The notes under the pieces are model-generated. The model had not been told where the DNA came from, searched no databases, and was given only the letters and a program-made list of their open reading frames with translations. From positions 2,728,001-2,792,000 of the forward strand of contig CM060733.1 in assembly GCA_030704615.1 (NCBI GenBank): a stretch of DNA of 64,000 nt, written 5' to 3'. How positions within the stretch are numbered: position 1 is the stretch's first letter; each line of letters starts with the position of its first letter. This stretch comes from Takakia lepidozioides. Lineage: Eukaryota > Plantae > Bryophyta. The position numbers and the translations under genes were made by a program. Below, in pieces: positions 39,092 through 52,111 of the stretch.

Positions 39092-39916
39092 ACACTAGAC
39101 ATAGGATGCAAGTTGAATGCGCGCATGCCAGCCTGCCGGTACGGTCGCACGGGCTCACCGGGCCGTTGGCGGGGCCCACAATCAAATCCCCGCCCCCATG
39201 CCGTGCAGTTATTGCCTGTATTATAGTACAAACGATCAAAATTCTGAGGGGTGGCAAGAAAGCGGCTGGTAGCTTGGTGGTAGGATAACTTACATTGACC
39301 ATTATCGCGAGGGTGTTGGGTATAAACCTCGCCCATGGCGTGATGCAAATCGTATATCTAAGGATTTGATTGAGGTACCATTAGACTTTTGCATCTCCAA
39401 GAAATTTCTAACTCCCTCAAGCGGATCTCCGCTCCCCTGTTCCCAATCGCTGCTCTCTGTTCCCACATACAATACCGCTCCCCTGTGTGTCCGTCGCTCC
39501 CCTGTTCTACTTGCTCCCCTATGTCCGCCTCTCCCATGTGTTACGGCTCCCCTGTTCTCCTTGCTCCCTTATGTTATTGCTCCGCCGCTCCCTTGTTACA
39601 GCTCCCCTATCACTAGTCCCGGCTCCCTTGTGTTATTGCTCCTCTGTTTTACTGCTTCGCCGCTCCAATAACAGGGGAGCGAAGGACAGGGAGCAATAAC
39701 AGGGGAGCGGAGGAACGGGGAGTAGGGGAGCGGCGCAGCGGGAACATGGAGCGTGGGACCCTCGGAGCGTGGGACCCTCGGATGGGCGTGAAGCATACAC
39801 GAGGGAAGCGGGGGTGGGGATTGACCGCTGGCCCACGGGGGCCCTCCGGTTAGCTCCGGGGATCGTACCGGCAAGCTTCGCACGCGCGCATTCAACTCCT
39901 ACCCTATGTCTAGTGT
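39092..39916. mobile_element. Foldback/non-autonomous TIR element
   Basis: About 70-bp imperfect inverted ends ACACTAGACATAGG...GTTGAATGCGCGC; internal GCTCCCCTGTT and AACAGGGGAGC arrays; no clear TSD. Confidence 0.6.
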
Positions 39917-40599
39917 AAACCCATGCCAACAGGCCCAACTCAAATTTCCTCCAAGCTTGCACCTAGCCGGCTGCCTCATGAGTCCATACTCCATTAGGTT
40001 TTCGTACCTTCACGTTCTGGGTGTGCAACAGTCCACGAGCCAATAGTGTTCCGGTCTTGATAACCAATTTGTTTGCAGTGAATGATGATCTGGTGGACGG
40101 GAATGCTCAAGTCACTCAGGATATCCTTGATATCTACCTTGACCTTAGTGTAAAGGAAACTATGTGTAGATGTCTTGCAAATTTGCACATTGCAAATGAG
40201 GATATCCCTGATCTCAATGCGGTGGACGAGGTAGATAGAGAGATCATGATGATTAGTGAGGAGGATGAATATGCTGACATTGTTGAGTCCATGCATGGGC
40301 CTTTTGAAGTTACATGGAGCTCTCGCAAATAGATTGCTGGAATTTTTAGTGAGGGGAAAAATATTAAAACCCCGGTTAAGCCATAAGGCACACACACCGT
40401 GATTAGTGTAATGAGAGCCATGCATCCACCAAAAAAGGGGACTTTGAAGAAACCAAGTACTGGGATAGATCCCAAGAGAAAAGACCATTTAAATGTAGGC
40501 AGGCCTACGTAAATTGCTACTCCCTAAGCAGACCGACCTTTTGACCTTACAATAGCAAGATCGCAATAGAGAGAACATAGATTTTTGTCATTGAGCTTT

Positions 40600-43500
40600 C
40601 CCAAAGCAGAATGGCCTAAGAGTAGTTAAGTCTCGAGGCCTTGGATGAACTTTTGAGGTGTTTCCAGTTGACATCTCGGTCAAACTCTGGCGAAAGTGTA
40701 GAGGGGGACTCGAAGGTCGCCACGCCGGTGGAGGGAGCTCGGTCCAAAAGCATTTGTCTTGCGAGGGGGAGTGGCAGATGATTCCAGCAAGGTCCTATGT
40801 ACTGCAGAATGTTGCATGGATATAATCTGCGCTCCCGGAATTTCGTTCCATGTCTGCACACGTTTTAGCCCATGCTTTACGAGCTTCAGTCTGGAGACCG
40901 TAGAAAATACTATAGAGGAGTGAGGATATGGTTGTAGTCTTCCCAAAGAAGGTATTCTTATAGCGGATCTTCCAGAAGTGCCACAACGTCGATCCTCTGA
41001 GGGTTTCGAATAAAAGACAGCTTACAGCTTTGTTTTTTGTGTTTTTGTCATAGTTAAATAAAAGTAAATGAGTTTCAGAGAGGGGCTGTGGATTCCAGTT
41101 TAGGTATAAAGATTTCACCAGGGGCCATATCTTGGAAGGTGCTTGGCAGTGGAGCAGACAATGCTCTAGGCTTTCCTGCACCGCGGAAGAGCAGTACACA
41201 CAGAGGACTGATGCCTGGAATTGGAGCCACTCCCCTACTTTAAGAACTCGATTTGCAACTTGCCACAGAAAAGTAGAGATTTTTGCAGGACGAGATTTGA
41301 TCCACACCGAGCCCCAGATAACAGACCGCCTTATTTCTCAAAATCCATGGGCTTCTTATTTCAAGTCCCACTTGGTCATGAGCATTGGTTCTGTTTTTTA
41401 GAGTACCCTGTATCTTTTCTTTGTTGTGTATGAAAAGAAGGGATCTAGCTACCTGGTGAAGGTCCAGGACCACTCAAAAGTCAATATCAAGCTCTGCCAA
41501 AGGCCTTCCAAGAATCCAAACGAAGGTATTAGAGGCTAGCCAATCATGGACTGGGACTGATAAGGGGGGTAGCGGATTGAAGGCTTTATCTGGTGAAGTC
41601 TAGCAGCAGATCCTAATCGGGGTCAGAGGTATTGGTTTAATGAACTGAGGAAGGGTTGAAGAAAGAGTGAGCACCAGAGTTGTCGTATTGATATGAAAGT
41701 AGAAGATAGTGAGTTGATGTGGTGTGGCATGCTGGATAAACAGGATTGACAACTGACCTTGGTAAATGGCCAAGCCCCACATATTGTCCACAAGCTCCGA
41801 GGGGCCTGATCCAAGGATGGCTAACCATTGAGGGTTTATAGATGAGATGATGTCTTGATATCCCCTAGTCGCTCTACCTTTGCCCACCAGTTCTAAGATC
41901 GATTCCAGGGGCTGGAAGGCCCGATTTTTCCAAATGTTGTTGATCTGGCTGATTCCCGCACTACAACAAATGGGGGGGGGGGGGGGGGGGGGGGGGCGAC
42001 GCCAGCCGCGCCCCCACACCCTGCGTGGCGCTGAGCCTGTGACGCCAACCCCGCGGCACCTTTTTGCGACCCCCAGCCGTCGCAAGGTGGCATGAAGGGG
42101 AAAGGGCCCCCCGCTGCGACGGATTTTTATTTTTTTGCGACGTCGGGGCGTCGCAAAAGCGTCACTGAGGGCGCCCCAGCTCCTTTGTGACGCCGGGGCG
42201 TCGCAACGGCATCGCCACAATGGGGGTTTTTTTTTTTTTTTTTTGGGCTTTGCGGCCTTCAACGTCACAAAAGCGACAATGGGGGCGCCCCGCGCTGGGA
42301 CGCCCAACGCTGTGACGCCAGGGGGTCGCAACGGTGTTTTAGTCAGCTTAGGTCATCAAAAGGACATCGCTTGGGGCGCTTGGCGGTGGGGCTGCAACAA
42401 TGGCGATGACGCTGGGGCTGGGGCTGGACACTAAGGCTGTGGAGGTTGCAATTCCCCGGCGTCACAAGAAAGACCCCCTTAGAAGGAACTTGAAAGAAAT
42501 CTTCATATATATATATATATATATATTGCTTTTGTGATACATAGATGTATCATAGGTGTGTTGGTTAGTTTGTAGTGTCTTAGAAATGTTATAACGTGGA
42601 GGTCATAGGTTTAAGTATGCATTGCCTAATATATGTAGAACAATGAACATATCGCCATTGGATAGAATCGGAGTCAACAAGTCTGGTCAACAAGTTTTTG
42701 AATTTAGATTTTCCCACCTAAATTCAAATGTACCCCCTTAAACTGTGACATCCGGGCGTCGCACTTTGCGACCCCCGGACGTTGCTAATTCGGCATTGTA
42801 GAATAGGTTTTTTTCTTACACCTAGGCGTTGCAAGTAGCGCCGATTTCACAAATTGCGACCTCCATCGGTCGCAAAATTGCGACGTTTTTTCGGCGACGT
42901 CCAAGCGTCGCAAAATTGGCCCCTCCCCCCTGCCCGAAAAGGGTTGTTTTGCGACGTTGCGGCATGGCTGCGGCATGGCCCGGGCATCGCAAAACCCCCC
43001 CCCATTTTTTATTTTTTTTCCTGTAGTGCCAGCTTGTCCCAGCAAGACCAACGTTTGGCATGGTTGCGCTGAGAGGGGTTAGAGGAGTTTGTATTTAGAA
43101 AAAGGTGTTGCCTGAGCACTTCATAGAAGGTGGAAGGTTGGGCTTTGATCAGATACTTGCAAAGCTTACCCCATGCACGCCAGATGTTGTTTTTGAGAGT
43201 GACCCTGCTACCTTGAGGTTGAACTTATGGACTATCCAACGGAGCGAGGGTTGCCAAGAGGGCACCTTGAGGGGGGAAAAAACAATGATATGGTCATAGA
43301 CCAAAAATTTCCAGCAACCTCCTTCAGGCCCTAGGAACCGTGGGATCCATTTTCCAAGAAGTGCATTGATCTGGGTTTCCAAATCCAAGACACCCAGCCC
43401 TCCTTTCTTTTTGGGGAGGCAAATTTGTTTCCAACCTACTTGTGGTCTTTTGTTTTTTGTGGCTTTGTGTGCCCCCTAGATGAAGTTTCTAAGGAGGCGT

Positions 43501-44290
43501 CTGGCCTCTTGGACTTATTTCGAGTCTGGACGCCAAGATGAAGATTAATACCAAATTCCAGCTGAGCCTCCAAGACCCGACCTGTAAGGGATAGGTGCTT
43601 CGAGCCCCAGCAGGTGAGTTTTCTTTTGAGCTTTTGCATCGTTGGGGCGAATTCTTGTTAATCTGTAAGGCCAATTCCGAACGTGTAACCCAGCAGGGTT
43701 GTAGTCTTGCCAGGTTTAAGCCACTTCAGGCCCTGGTTGGAACCCCACATAGGTGGTGAACCCAGTGTGGACATTGAGAGATCTCCAACAAGCAAGGCTG
43801 ATGTTTTATTCCAGTTAACCTTGAAACTCGAGGCTTGGCAAAAAGAGTTAAGAGTGTCCCCAACTGAGTTCAGATTTTCCACTGTGGCTTGAAGCAGTAG
43901 AAATGTATCATCAACAAACATGAAGTCTTTGAGGTATGTAGGTTGTCTTGTAGTATAGTTAGTGATCCTGAGGCCCCTAATGTTGTGGTTTTGATCCAAC
44001 AAGTAACCAAGGGTGTCAGCTACCACCAGGAAAAGAAAGGGGCCAATGGGCACCCCTATCAGACAGATCGTTGTAAAGGAAAGGAGGAGGAAATATAACC
44101 ATTAAAAATAACCCTGTTGGAAGATGTAGTTAGGAGAATGCGCACCCTTGTGCAGAAATCCGGCGGAAAACCTATCTTAGCCAAGGCTGCAAGGAGGAAG
44201 GGCCATTCCACTCCATCAAACGCCTTCTCAAAATCCAGAAGAAGCATAGCAATGGCTTGGCTGGATCTAGAAGCAAATTCGGGTACCTCT
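40600..44290 (-). mobile_element. Decayed L1/Tx1-type LINE ORF2 (RT and zf-RVT); endonuclease not seen
   Basis: LLLDFEKAFD; RSV..GCPLAPFLF; FVDDT; GGLGVLDL; KISTFLW...CVYC...ESLEHCLLHC. Confidence 0.9.
41959..43028. mobile_element. Non-autonomous CACTA element inserted in the LINE
   Basis: CACTACA...TGTAGTG termini; flanks CCG and CCA (TSD with one transition); TTGCGAC/GTCGCAA subterminal repeats; LINE coding sequence resumes across it. Confidence 0.88.
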
Positions 44291-47107
44291 TGTGCCCTCC
44301 CTTTTTCGTTTGTTCTTTGGGAGAGAGGTAGTTCAGAGAGTGGGGTTTAGGGTGGAGGAGAAACGAAGGTGGGTTTCCAAAGGGAGTTGGCGAGAGGCCA
44401 AATATGGTCAGTGAGATATCTATTTAACTTGATCTAGTTTATGCTCCTGCAGAAAGATCACTGAGTCGGTAGAAAGGAAGGGAGCGAGCCAGTTTCTAAT
44501 TTTGACCCTTTTTAGGGACGCCGAGTCCGTCCCAAGGCCTCGGAGATTCCAAGAATGGAGATTTAAGTGACATGAGGAGAGTAAGGTAGGCTAGGACTGA
44601 AAGTCGAATTTGATGGCCTTGTATGACGGTAAGAGAATTGAATTGTGTTTTGGCGAGGTCTCAAGGAAATGACCCATACAAATGGGTCAGGGGCTTCTGG
44701 CTCTTTTTGCAGACTTGAATAAAGATACCTCTAGCGGTCAGAGGCTGAGGGCTGGCAGGCACAGCCTGAAATTGGTCAGATGGAACCTTCAAAATTGAGA
44801 TAGTTTGGATCCGAATCCCTTCATGAAAGAAATCAGCGGAAAATAGAGACAAGAGTTGAGTATCTATTCGTGAGTGAGCCGTCCAAAGGAAGCGTTCCTA
44901 AGGGGATGTAATCTGCCAGGTTGAAGGTTGGTAACATGTGCCTTAGCTGCTTTCCCCAGCTCTGTTTTTTTTTTTTTCCACACAACATCCAACATCTGCT
45001 AGAATCTTTAACAAACACTTGGAAGAAATAGCAGGGAGAGGGAGAGAGGAGAACCTGGTGGGGGGGATGCGGGGGATCTGGTAGGCGAACTGTTGGAGAG
45101 AGATCCTGCATGGGAAGATATTGACTTGCGTCCACAATAGTGGGGGGTGATGCAGGGCTGGTGACCTCGTTAACCGGAGGGGAGATGTGCATGATATTGA
45201 CTGCATCAACCAAGTTGTCTTTGTCAGTGCTGATATCATCTGGAGAGGAATTGTCGTTGGTGTCTGTGGAATCCGATGCAGCAGCTGAGTTTGCATAATG
45301 AACCCTGACTCCATTGATGTAGTCTTTGGTCTTTTGTAGTTCCAACTTGTGGTTTTCTTCTTCTATTTCCTGATCCAGGAAGGCTGACAACAGCTGGAAA
45401 ACGTTCACCAGAGTATCTTGGTTCCTTATCTGGAGCGGGTGGCTTCCCTTGGGGGATTTCAACCATTGTTTGTAAGTCCAGATTGTTCCCAGAGGAGGCG
45501 GTTCAGAGTTGTAAATGTCTGCCTCTTCCATCAGTGCCAGCACCTGAGTTGATGGTCTGCAACTCAAACCAAGGTGGTCTTCCAAGTAGGCTCCCCACAA
45601 AATTCTAGTTGAGGGAGACAAGAAGTAATGAGGTAGAGGCGCCTCAAAAAATTCCTGAATCTTGTACTTGAATAGGATTTCCAGGCCAGTGTTGGGAGGA
45701 TTCGTTCTCAGAAAGTGTTTGACATCAGAGGTTTTAACCCAAAGGGATTTGACACACTCCAAGTCGTCAGATGTGATGAGTATTGCGGGGGGCTTGCCTT
45801 TTCTGAATATCAGCGGTATAACACAGGAAGCCTGGGGAGCTGCAATTGTCTCAAGGGCAGAACAGCCAATGAGGGTTTGGGAATGAGCATGTGTTGAAAC
45901 ACAGATTGGCGAAGGGGGTGTTGCATGATATACCTGTTGTTACCTGTGGGCCTCCTTTGGGTGTGGGACTTGTGAGTTGGATAGATGGAGTGGTGTTCAA
46001 CAACTTTGTCTTTGCCTTTTGATCATTGAGTGTTTCCTTTGTTGTTGTAGATGGGCTCTGATTTCCTCTTGCATTGGATCTCTGTTGATGTCCATGTCAA
46101 GTTATTTTGCCACTAGTGTGAAACTAGCTAGGAAATAGCTAGCTTTTACATATTGACATTTGGGATTGGCCCAAGTGTCAATCCAGGGGTCAAGGCAGAT
46201 TTAGGCCCTGGAGTGGTTATCTTCACGGCAAGCGCGGGAGGCTCATCTTTCTCGAGTTGAGCCTCACCGCGCCTAGCTATGGCGCCGTAGTGTGGATTCC
46301 CCATGGCGTGGGGTGCACTTGGCTTGACTTGTATTTGAGTGATGAGGTTATATATGCATGAGTTTATGCTTCAGCTTTGTAAGCTCGCATGAGCTTGTGC
46401 TTGTATTCTTCTTCTTTATCACTCGAGAAAGATGAGCTCGTATTTGTGAGTGTCAGATACGAGTTAGTTGTAGCACTTGTGGTTTTTGCTTGAGAATGAG
46501 AGAAACCAGGTTGTTATGCAAGGAGCACCATGGAGCTCTTGGTTGTCAGAAGTAGAGGCGATGTGGGTTACGAGGTGGTAGACCTTGGCATTCGATCTTC
46601 AGCTTCAGAGATGACAGCACCATGCTGCAGGTAATTCCAGAGCACCTTGATGGTTTCAGATTGTGTACATGCATGAGCAAGCACAATTGGGAAGAGGACC
46701 AGTCAAGAGCAGGTTAGAGTGGCTTTGGTGGCAAAGGTGAGAACTGGACTTGGGAATGCGAGCTTTCATTGTATGAAGGATTGCAAGACCAAACAAAAGG
46801 GCTGATTTGGCTTGGGGCAAATCAGTGCACTTTGTGGAGTATGTTGAGATTGGGTTTCAATCTCGAGCTTCAGCATTGAGAGGGCTCTTGTCATGACAAG
46901 AGCAGGGCTAGAACAGGAGCTAAGAGGTGCGGCAAGGCCATGGAATGTGCACCTAGGGTTTCAGAGCTTGGAAGAAGAGCTCTTGCACCACAAGAGAAGT
47001 GTCTTGTGGCTGGAAATGTAAGCCTTAGGGTTTCAAGAGCTTGGCAAAGGCTGTGGAGTGCTTAGTCTTTGTCTTAGAGAGCATCAGGGAGCCAAGGCGC
47101 CAAGATA

Positions 47108-47580
47108 GGGGGCTGATACCTCTTGTGTGAAGGGGTTGCATATGTGGAGCATGTATTCAGCTCATTGAAACTTCCATCTTCAAGCTTGGAGGGCAAGCAA
47201 GGAAGAGGGAAGGGCTGACTTCCCTTATGTGAGGGCAATGCATGTGTGGAGCATGCGTTCAGCCTGTTGAAGGCTTGTGCTTTCAGGTTTGGGAGTGCAA
47301 GAAAGGAAAGAAGGGGCTGGTTTCCCTGTAGGGCATGTGTGGAGCATGCTTTCAGCCCGCTGAAGCTTGTATTTTCAGGTTTGTGGGTGCAAGAAATGAA
47401 GCAAAGGGGCTGATTATCTGGTGGTGAGAGTGGGGCATGTGTGGAGCATGCCTTCAGCCCATTGAGGCTCTTATTTTCAAGCTTTAGAGAGCTAGAATGG
47501 AAGGGCTAGGGCTGGTTCCCACTTGGGTGAAAGAAAAGCACTTGTAGGGCATATGTAAGGTGGGGTTTCAACCTCAAGCC
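47108..47580. repeat. Degenerate tandem repeat, about 4.5 x 100 bp
   Basis: Unit GGGCTG...GCATGTGTGGAGCATG..TTCAGC...TTCAAG. Confidence 0.8.
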
Positions 47581-48042
47581 TAGATAGAGCATGGCTCTTG
47601 AAGTGGCAGGTGTAGGGGGCTGGAATAGGCTCTAAGACAGATGCTATGGCCAAGGAAAACGCTTGAATGATTGCTCACAAGGGCTGGAAACCAGCAAGGC
47701 TTGGTTGTTTGCCATTGAGTTTAGTGGCGTGTTTGGGGAGTCTAAGTGAGAAAGAAGGCTTGGTTTGTGGCAACCATCTTCCTCATGGCTTAGGGCTACT
47801 ATTGGTGGTGTGTGGGAGCCGAAAGAGCAATCAAGCATCGACATCCACACAACCTCTTCCACAAGGTGCAGGGACTTCCTCTGGTCCAGTCATGCAGAAG
47901 TTACCATCGCAACCTAATGTGAATTGGATACACGCCGAACTGTCAAACATGCCAAAAGAGGAGGAACATGAGGAGAACACATGTAGCTTGGCGTGGCTAA
48001 ACCCTTGGAGAAATGGCTAAACTGCCATGAGTGGCCATGGAT

Positions 48043-48330
48043 GGGGCTGTGACGGGCTGTGACCTGTGGCCTTGGGGGCTGTGACAGGCTGTGACATGTG
48101 GCCTTTGGGGCTGTGACGGGCTGTGATAGGCTGTGGGTCTGTGACCCTGTGACCTGTGTAGGGCTGTGACAGGCTGTGACCTGTGGCTTTTGGGGCTGTG
48201 ACGGGCTGTGGCCTGTGTGGGGCTGTGACGGCTGTGACCAGTGATCTGTGTAGGCTTGTGCTGGTCTGTGGTGGCCCGTGTTGACCTGTGGACGGCCTGT
48301 GCTGACTCGTGGACGACCTGTGCTGACTTG
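48043..48330. repeat. GGCTGTGAC minisatellite
   Basis: 10-mer-based array with the same core as 51731-52017 and 56503-56693. Confidence 0.85.
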
Positions 48331-49793
48331 TGGAGGCATTGGTGGACTGCCTAAGGACTGGCATGTGGTCTTGAAGGCCGAATTTTGAAGCTCGTGGAGG
48401 GCGGTTTGAGGAGGTGCACCAAGTTTGTAAAGGTGTGTATTTTCAGATTTGTTTTTGTGAGCTTCATGAAGAAAATGGAGCTTGTTGGGCAGCATATAGC
48501 TTGCTTGTTGAGTTGGAGGCACTTCTAGTAGGCCGGGAGAGCTCAGGAGTGTTGGGCGACAGGGCTGATGGCTCCGCAGAAGCCATAGCTCGTCGGCAGC
48601 AGGTACTGGAGCAAACCCGAGCTCGGGAACGCGTGGGAACGCGTGGGATCGCCCCGGGAACTCATGGGAACTCGTTGGGAGTTCCATGGAACACAGGGAA
48701 TAGTGGCCGTGATGGGCCGTTGGGGCGGTATCACGAGATACCACGATCCCAAGTTGTGATGGTTGACCGTGACCGTTGACCGAAAAGAGTTTTTTTCCAC
48801 TCGTTTCGTGGGACCTTGATGGGGAGGTTGGGCTCTAAAGAACAACGGTTCTGAGCTAGCTGATCCGGCAGAAAAGTCAAAATTGCCTCCCTGTTGCAGT
48901 TTAACAAAGGGGATTACTCCCCTGCAGGTAATCTTTTCTGGTTTTCAGCCCAATTCTTAACCATGGGGGAGACCAGCCTGCAGGTAATTCCTTTGGACAG
49001 AATGTTGTTGGGGCCTATATGTACCTCTATTTGCTCCATTTTTTAACCTTCAGCGAATGTGGTTTCCTGAGGTGGTTCCATTCGGAGGAATGACTGGTGG
49101 ACGTAAGGAGGCACTGGCGGACCCGTGGAGGCTTGCATGGGGCCTTGGAGGCCAAGTTTCATGAGCTCGTGGAGGGCGGTTTGAGGAGTGTCTACAGGAT
49201 GCTCTCATGGTCATGCAAGTGAGAGAAGAGAGGAAAAAAGAGGGTGTTGGGATGAGAGCGTGTTGGGGATAGACATTGCTTTAGTTTCCTTTCCTCGTAG
49301 CTTTCCACCTTCTCTGTAGGCCGAGACCTTTCCGTAGGTGGAGGCAAGAGTCAGTCCAGGTTTGGGCTGGGTTGCAGGAGCGACACTGTGGAGTTGTTTT
49401 TGGTGTGGGGGAGTTGTTGTTTTCATTCTTGTGTTTGGATCCCCTCCACACCTGCATGCTTGATTGTACGTCTTGCTAGTTTTGTGTGGGCGCTTGATTT
49501 TATAGGCGGTTGACTCGGGCTTGATCGCCGATCCGACCCTAGAGCATGCTGTCGATGGTGAGGTTGGGTTGATGACCAGTCAGACCATCTTTGTTTCTCC
49601 TCTGGTGAGGTTGGAGGTGATGACCAGCCAACCATAGGAGTGTCTGCGGTGGATACAGGTGCAGGTGCAGGCTATGTTAGGAACCTAGTATTCCAAACCA
49701 TAAGCCGCATCAGGTTCTCTACCCGGTTACCTTGTGGAGAGGGGATTAGAGACAGGTTCATGACCGGTTGAGTGTCAGTTTGTCAACACGGAG

Positions 49794-51104
49794 GTGCCAC
49801 TAATTATTGGGGAAAGTGCCGGTACGAGCACTAGCGATACTAGCGGGTATACGAGACGAGGTGTGCGGTTTAGGCCACCTTCACCTCCTGTGTCTTCTAC
49901 GGAAGGTTCTGATTCGGATTGTGAATCAGAAGGACTCACACCGGCGGTGCAAGTTGTTTACTTGCCATTGTTGTGGGACACAATGGAGGAGATGTATGGA
50001 GCCACCAAGGGGCCACGAAGGTACTCTAGGGCGGTGGGCACCATTGAGTTGGATGATTTTATCCAAGAGTTTGATAGTTGGTGTGACTTGCAACAAATGC
50101 GCAATCCACAGCTGTTTACGCCTTTTATGGCATGGAAGGGGTTGTTTCAGCACCTTGAGATGATTACCATGAGTTTAGGCGGGGGCACAATATTGAGATC
50201 AAGGAGTGGAGGATGTACTGGTCACCCGACTATGTCTCCATCACTAGAGGCACTAGAGGTACAAGGGCAGCAGCCACAGCGACAGCTACACCAGCAGCCC
50301 TACCAGTAGCTACAACAGCAGCTTCCACAAGCAATAGTGAGACTAGTGGTACATCAACTACAACGTCCACCCAAGCTACTGCTGCACCAGCACCAGTGGC
50401 GGTGCCTGCCTTCAACCCTGTTGTGGAGTTCTTCGAAGAGTTGAGAAGGAACTACCAAGGAGTGAGGATAGAGAAGTTGAGGAGCTTGCAAGAGTTCCAA
50501 CGGAAGCCTACTGAGAGCTTGAGGGAGGCTTTCACTCGCATGAGGCGCTTGATTAATGTAACCCAAGGGGTTACGGAGGCTCAGGCAGTCCAATTCTGGT
50601 ATGGGATATTGGACAAAGAGCTAAGGAGAAGGGTGCAGGATGCAATTCTCCTACAAGCGGCCCAACCCACCTTAGCAAATGTGTTTTTGCTGGCAAAGCG
50701 GATAGAGCTCAACATGGTGGAGGAACGAGTGGTCATGGTGGGATTTGCTAAGGAGGCACCACGGGGTAGTGGTGCTCCTAGCCAGCCACTACCTCAACGT
50801 GCTCAAGGCAACAAGGGAGCTCAGGTGAAGCCTAGGGAAGGACAGAGAGGACCTCAGATGCAGGGGTCTCTCCCTTCATTTGCAAGCCAACAACGGACGG
50901 ATGTGGTGTGCTGGACATGTGGAGGACCCCATGTCAAGAAGGATTGCCCAGAAGGAGACAATGGTTTGGCACCGGCATAGCCTGCACAAGTGCAGTGTGG
51001 GCATTGTGGCAAGTACGGGCATGGAGAGGCCCAGTGCTATGGTTTGCATCCTGAGTTGCGCCCAGGCCAGTTCCAAGGGAACAATGGTGGCCGGGGGCGA
51101 GGTG
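49794..51104 (+). pseudogene. Gag with two zinc knuckles
   Basis: FQRKPTESLREAFTRMRRL (major-homology-like); CWTCGGPHVKKDC; CGHCGKYGHGEAQC; one frameshift near 50160 and a stop at 50978. Confidence 0.88.
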
Positions 51105-52111
51105 TGTCGAGCGGCTTTTACTCACCCATCCCTTCGCTATCCGAGGTGGAAACTCCAAGATAGAAGAGTTGGATATCTCTAAGCACTCAGCCCGCTCAGA
51201 ACAATCAGTCATGACCTGCAGCTAGTGAATCATGGTTGTGCTTCCTATTTGTATTCTTTCCTGCCTTCATGTTATCAATTTATCTTACCGTGTATACTGA
51301 AGCATCAGATTGCTTCAGTATCTACTAAGTTTCAGTTAATCATGCATTCATTCCACAGCTACTCTCGTGTCTCTCTACACAGTATGTTTGCATCGATTTA
51401 GTATCGGATTAAGATTAATCATGTATCATGCTTATGCCATGGTGTCTCTATTCTATCCTACTGTATAATTCTACAGCTTGCATGAACTAAGCCTCATTCA
51501 AGTCATCATCTCCTCTACACTGTTTTCCGCTCTCTGTTATGTCTCCTCTTCTCCTGAACAAGTCGTCCTCCTCAAGCAGTGATCCCCTTCCCGTTGCCGC
51601 TCTCCTAATCTACCCGCAAGCTGTTCTAACCACCTAACTAACTAACCGTCACCCCTGAAGTAACACGTTCCCTCTGCAGATGTCGTTCCCACATAGTCGT
51701 TCCCTGTCAATGATAACTGTTCCCCATGTACTGTGACAGGCTGTGTCAAGTTGTGTCGGGCTGTGACTGACTGTGCGAAGTTGTGTCGGGCTGTGTGAAG
51801 CTGTGTCGGGCTGTGTAAAGCTGTGTTGGGCTGTGACTGGCTGTGTGAAGCTGTGTCGGGCTGTGTAAAGCTATGTCGGGCTGTGTGAAGCTGTGCGAAG
51901 CTGTGTCAGGCTGCGACTGGCTGTGACGGGCTGTATCGGGCTGTGACTGGCTGTGCGAAGCTATGTCGGGCTGTGTGAAGCTGTGTCAGGCTGTGTGGAG
52001 CTGTGTCGGGCTGTGTAACCCCCTTAAAGCCTGCTCTTGCCATCCCTAAGACTTCTGTTGGTCTCAGTCTGCGCAAAAATCAAGGGTACCCCATAGAACC
52101 CGTAAAAGCGT

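Noticed and set aside
40021-40332. Acidic 103-aa ORF
   Set aside because: No ATG start, splice context or recognisable domain.
47108-47580. Spaced repeats resembling a CRISPR array
   Set aside because: The intervening parts are homologous to each other, the units are degenerate, and the context is eukaryotic with no cas genes.
47914-48744. 276-aa ORF, and similar ORFs at 41600-42331 and 56318-56749
   Set aside because: Open only because they cross low-complexity or GC-rich repeat arrays.
49745-49775. Candidate LTR end and PBS (GAGACA then GGTTCATGACC) for the DNMT element
   Set aside because: Not a canonical TGG PBS, and the matching 3' LTR end lies outside the window, so it cannot be confirmed.
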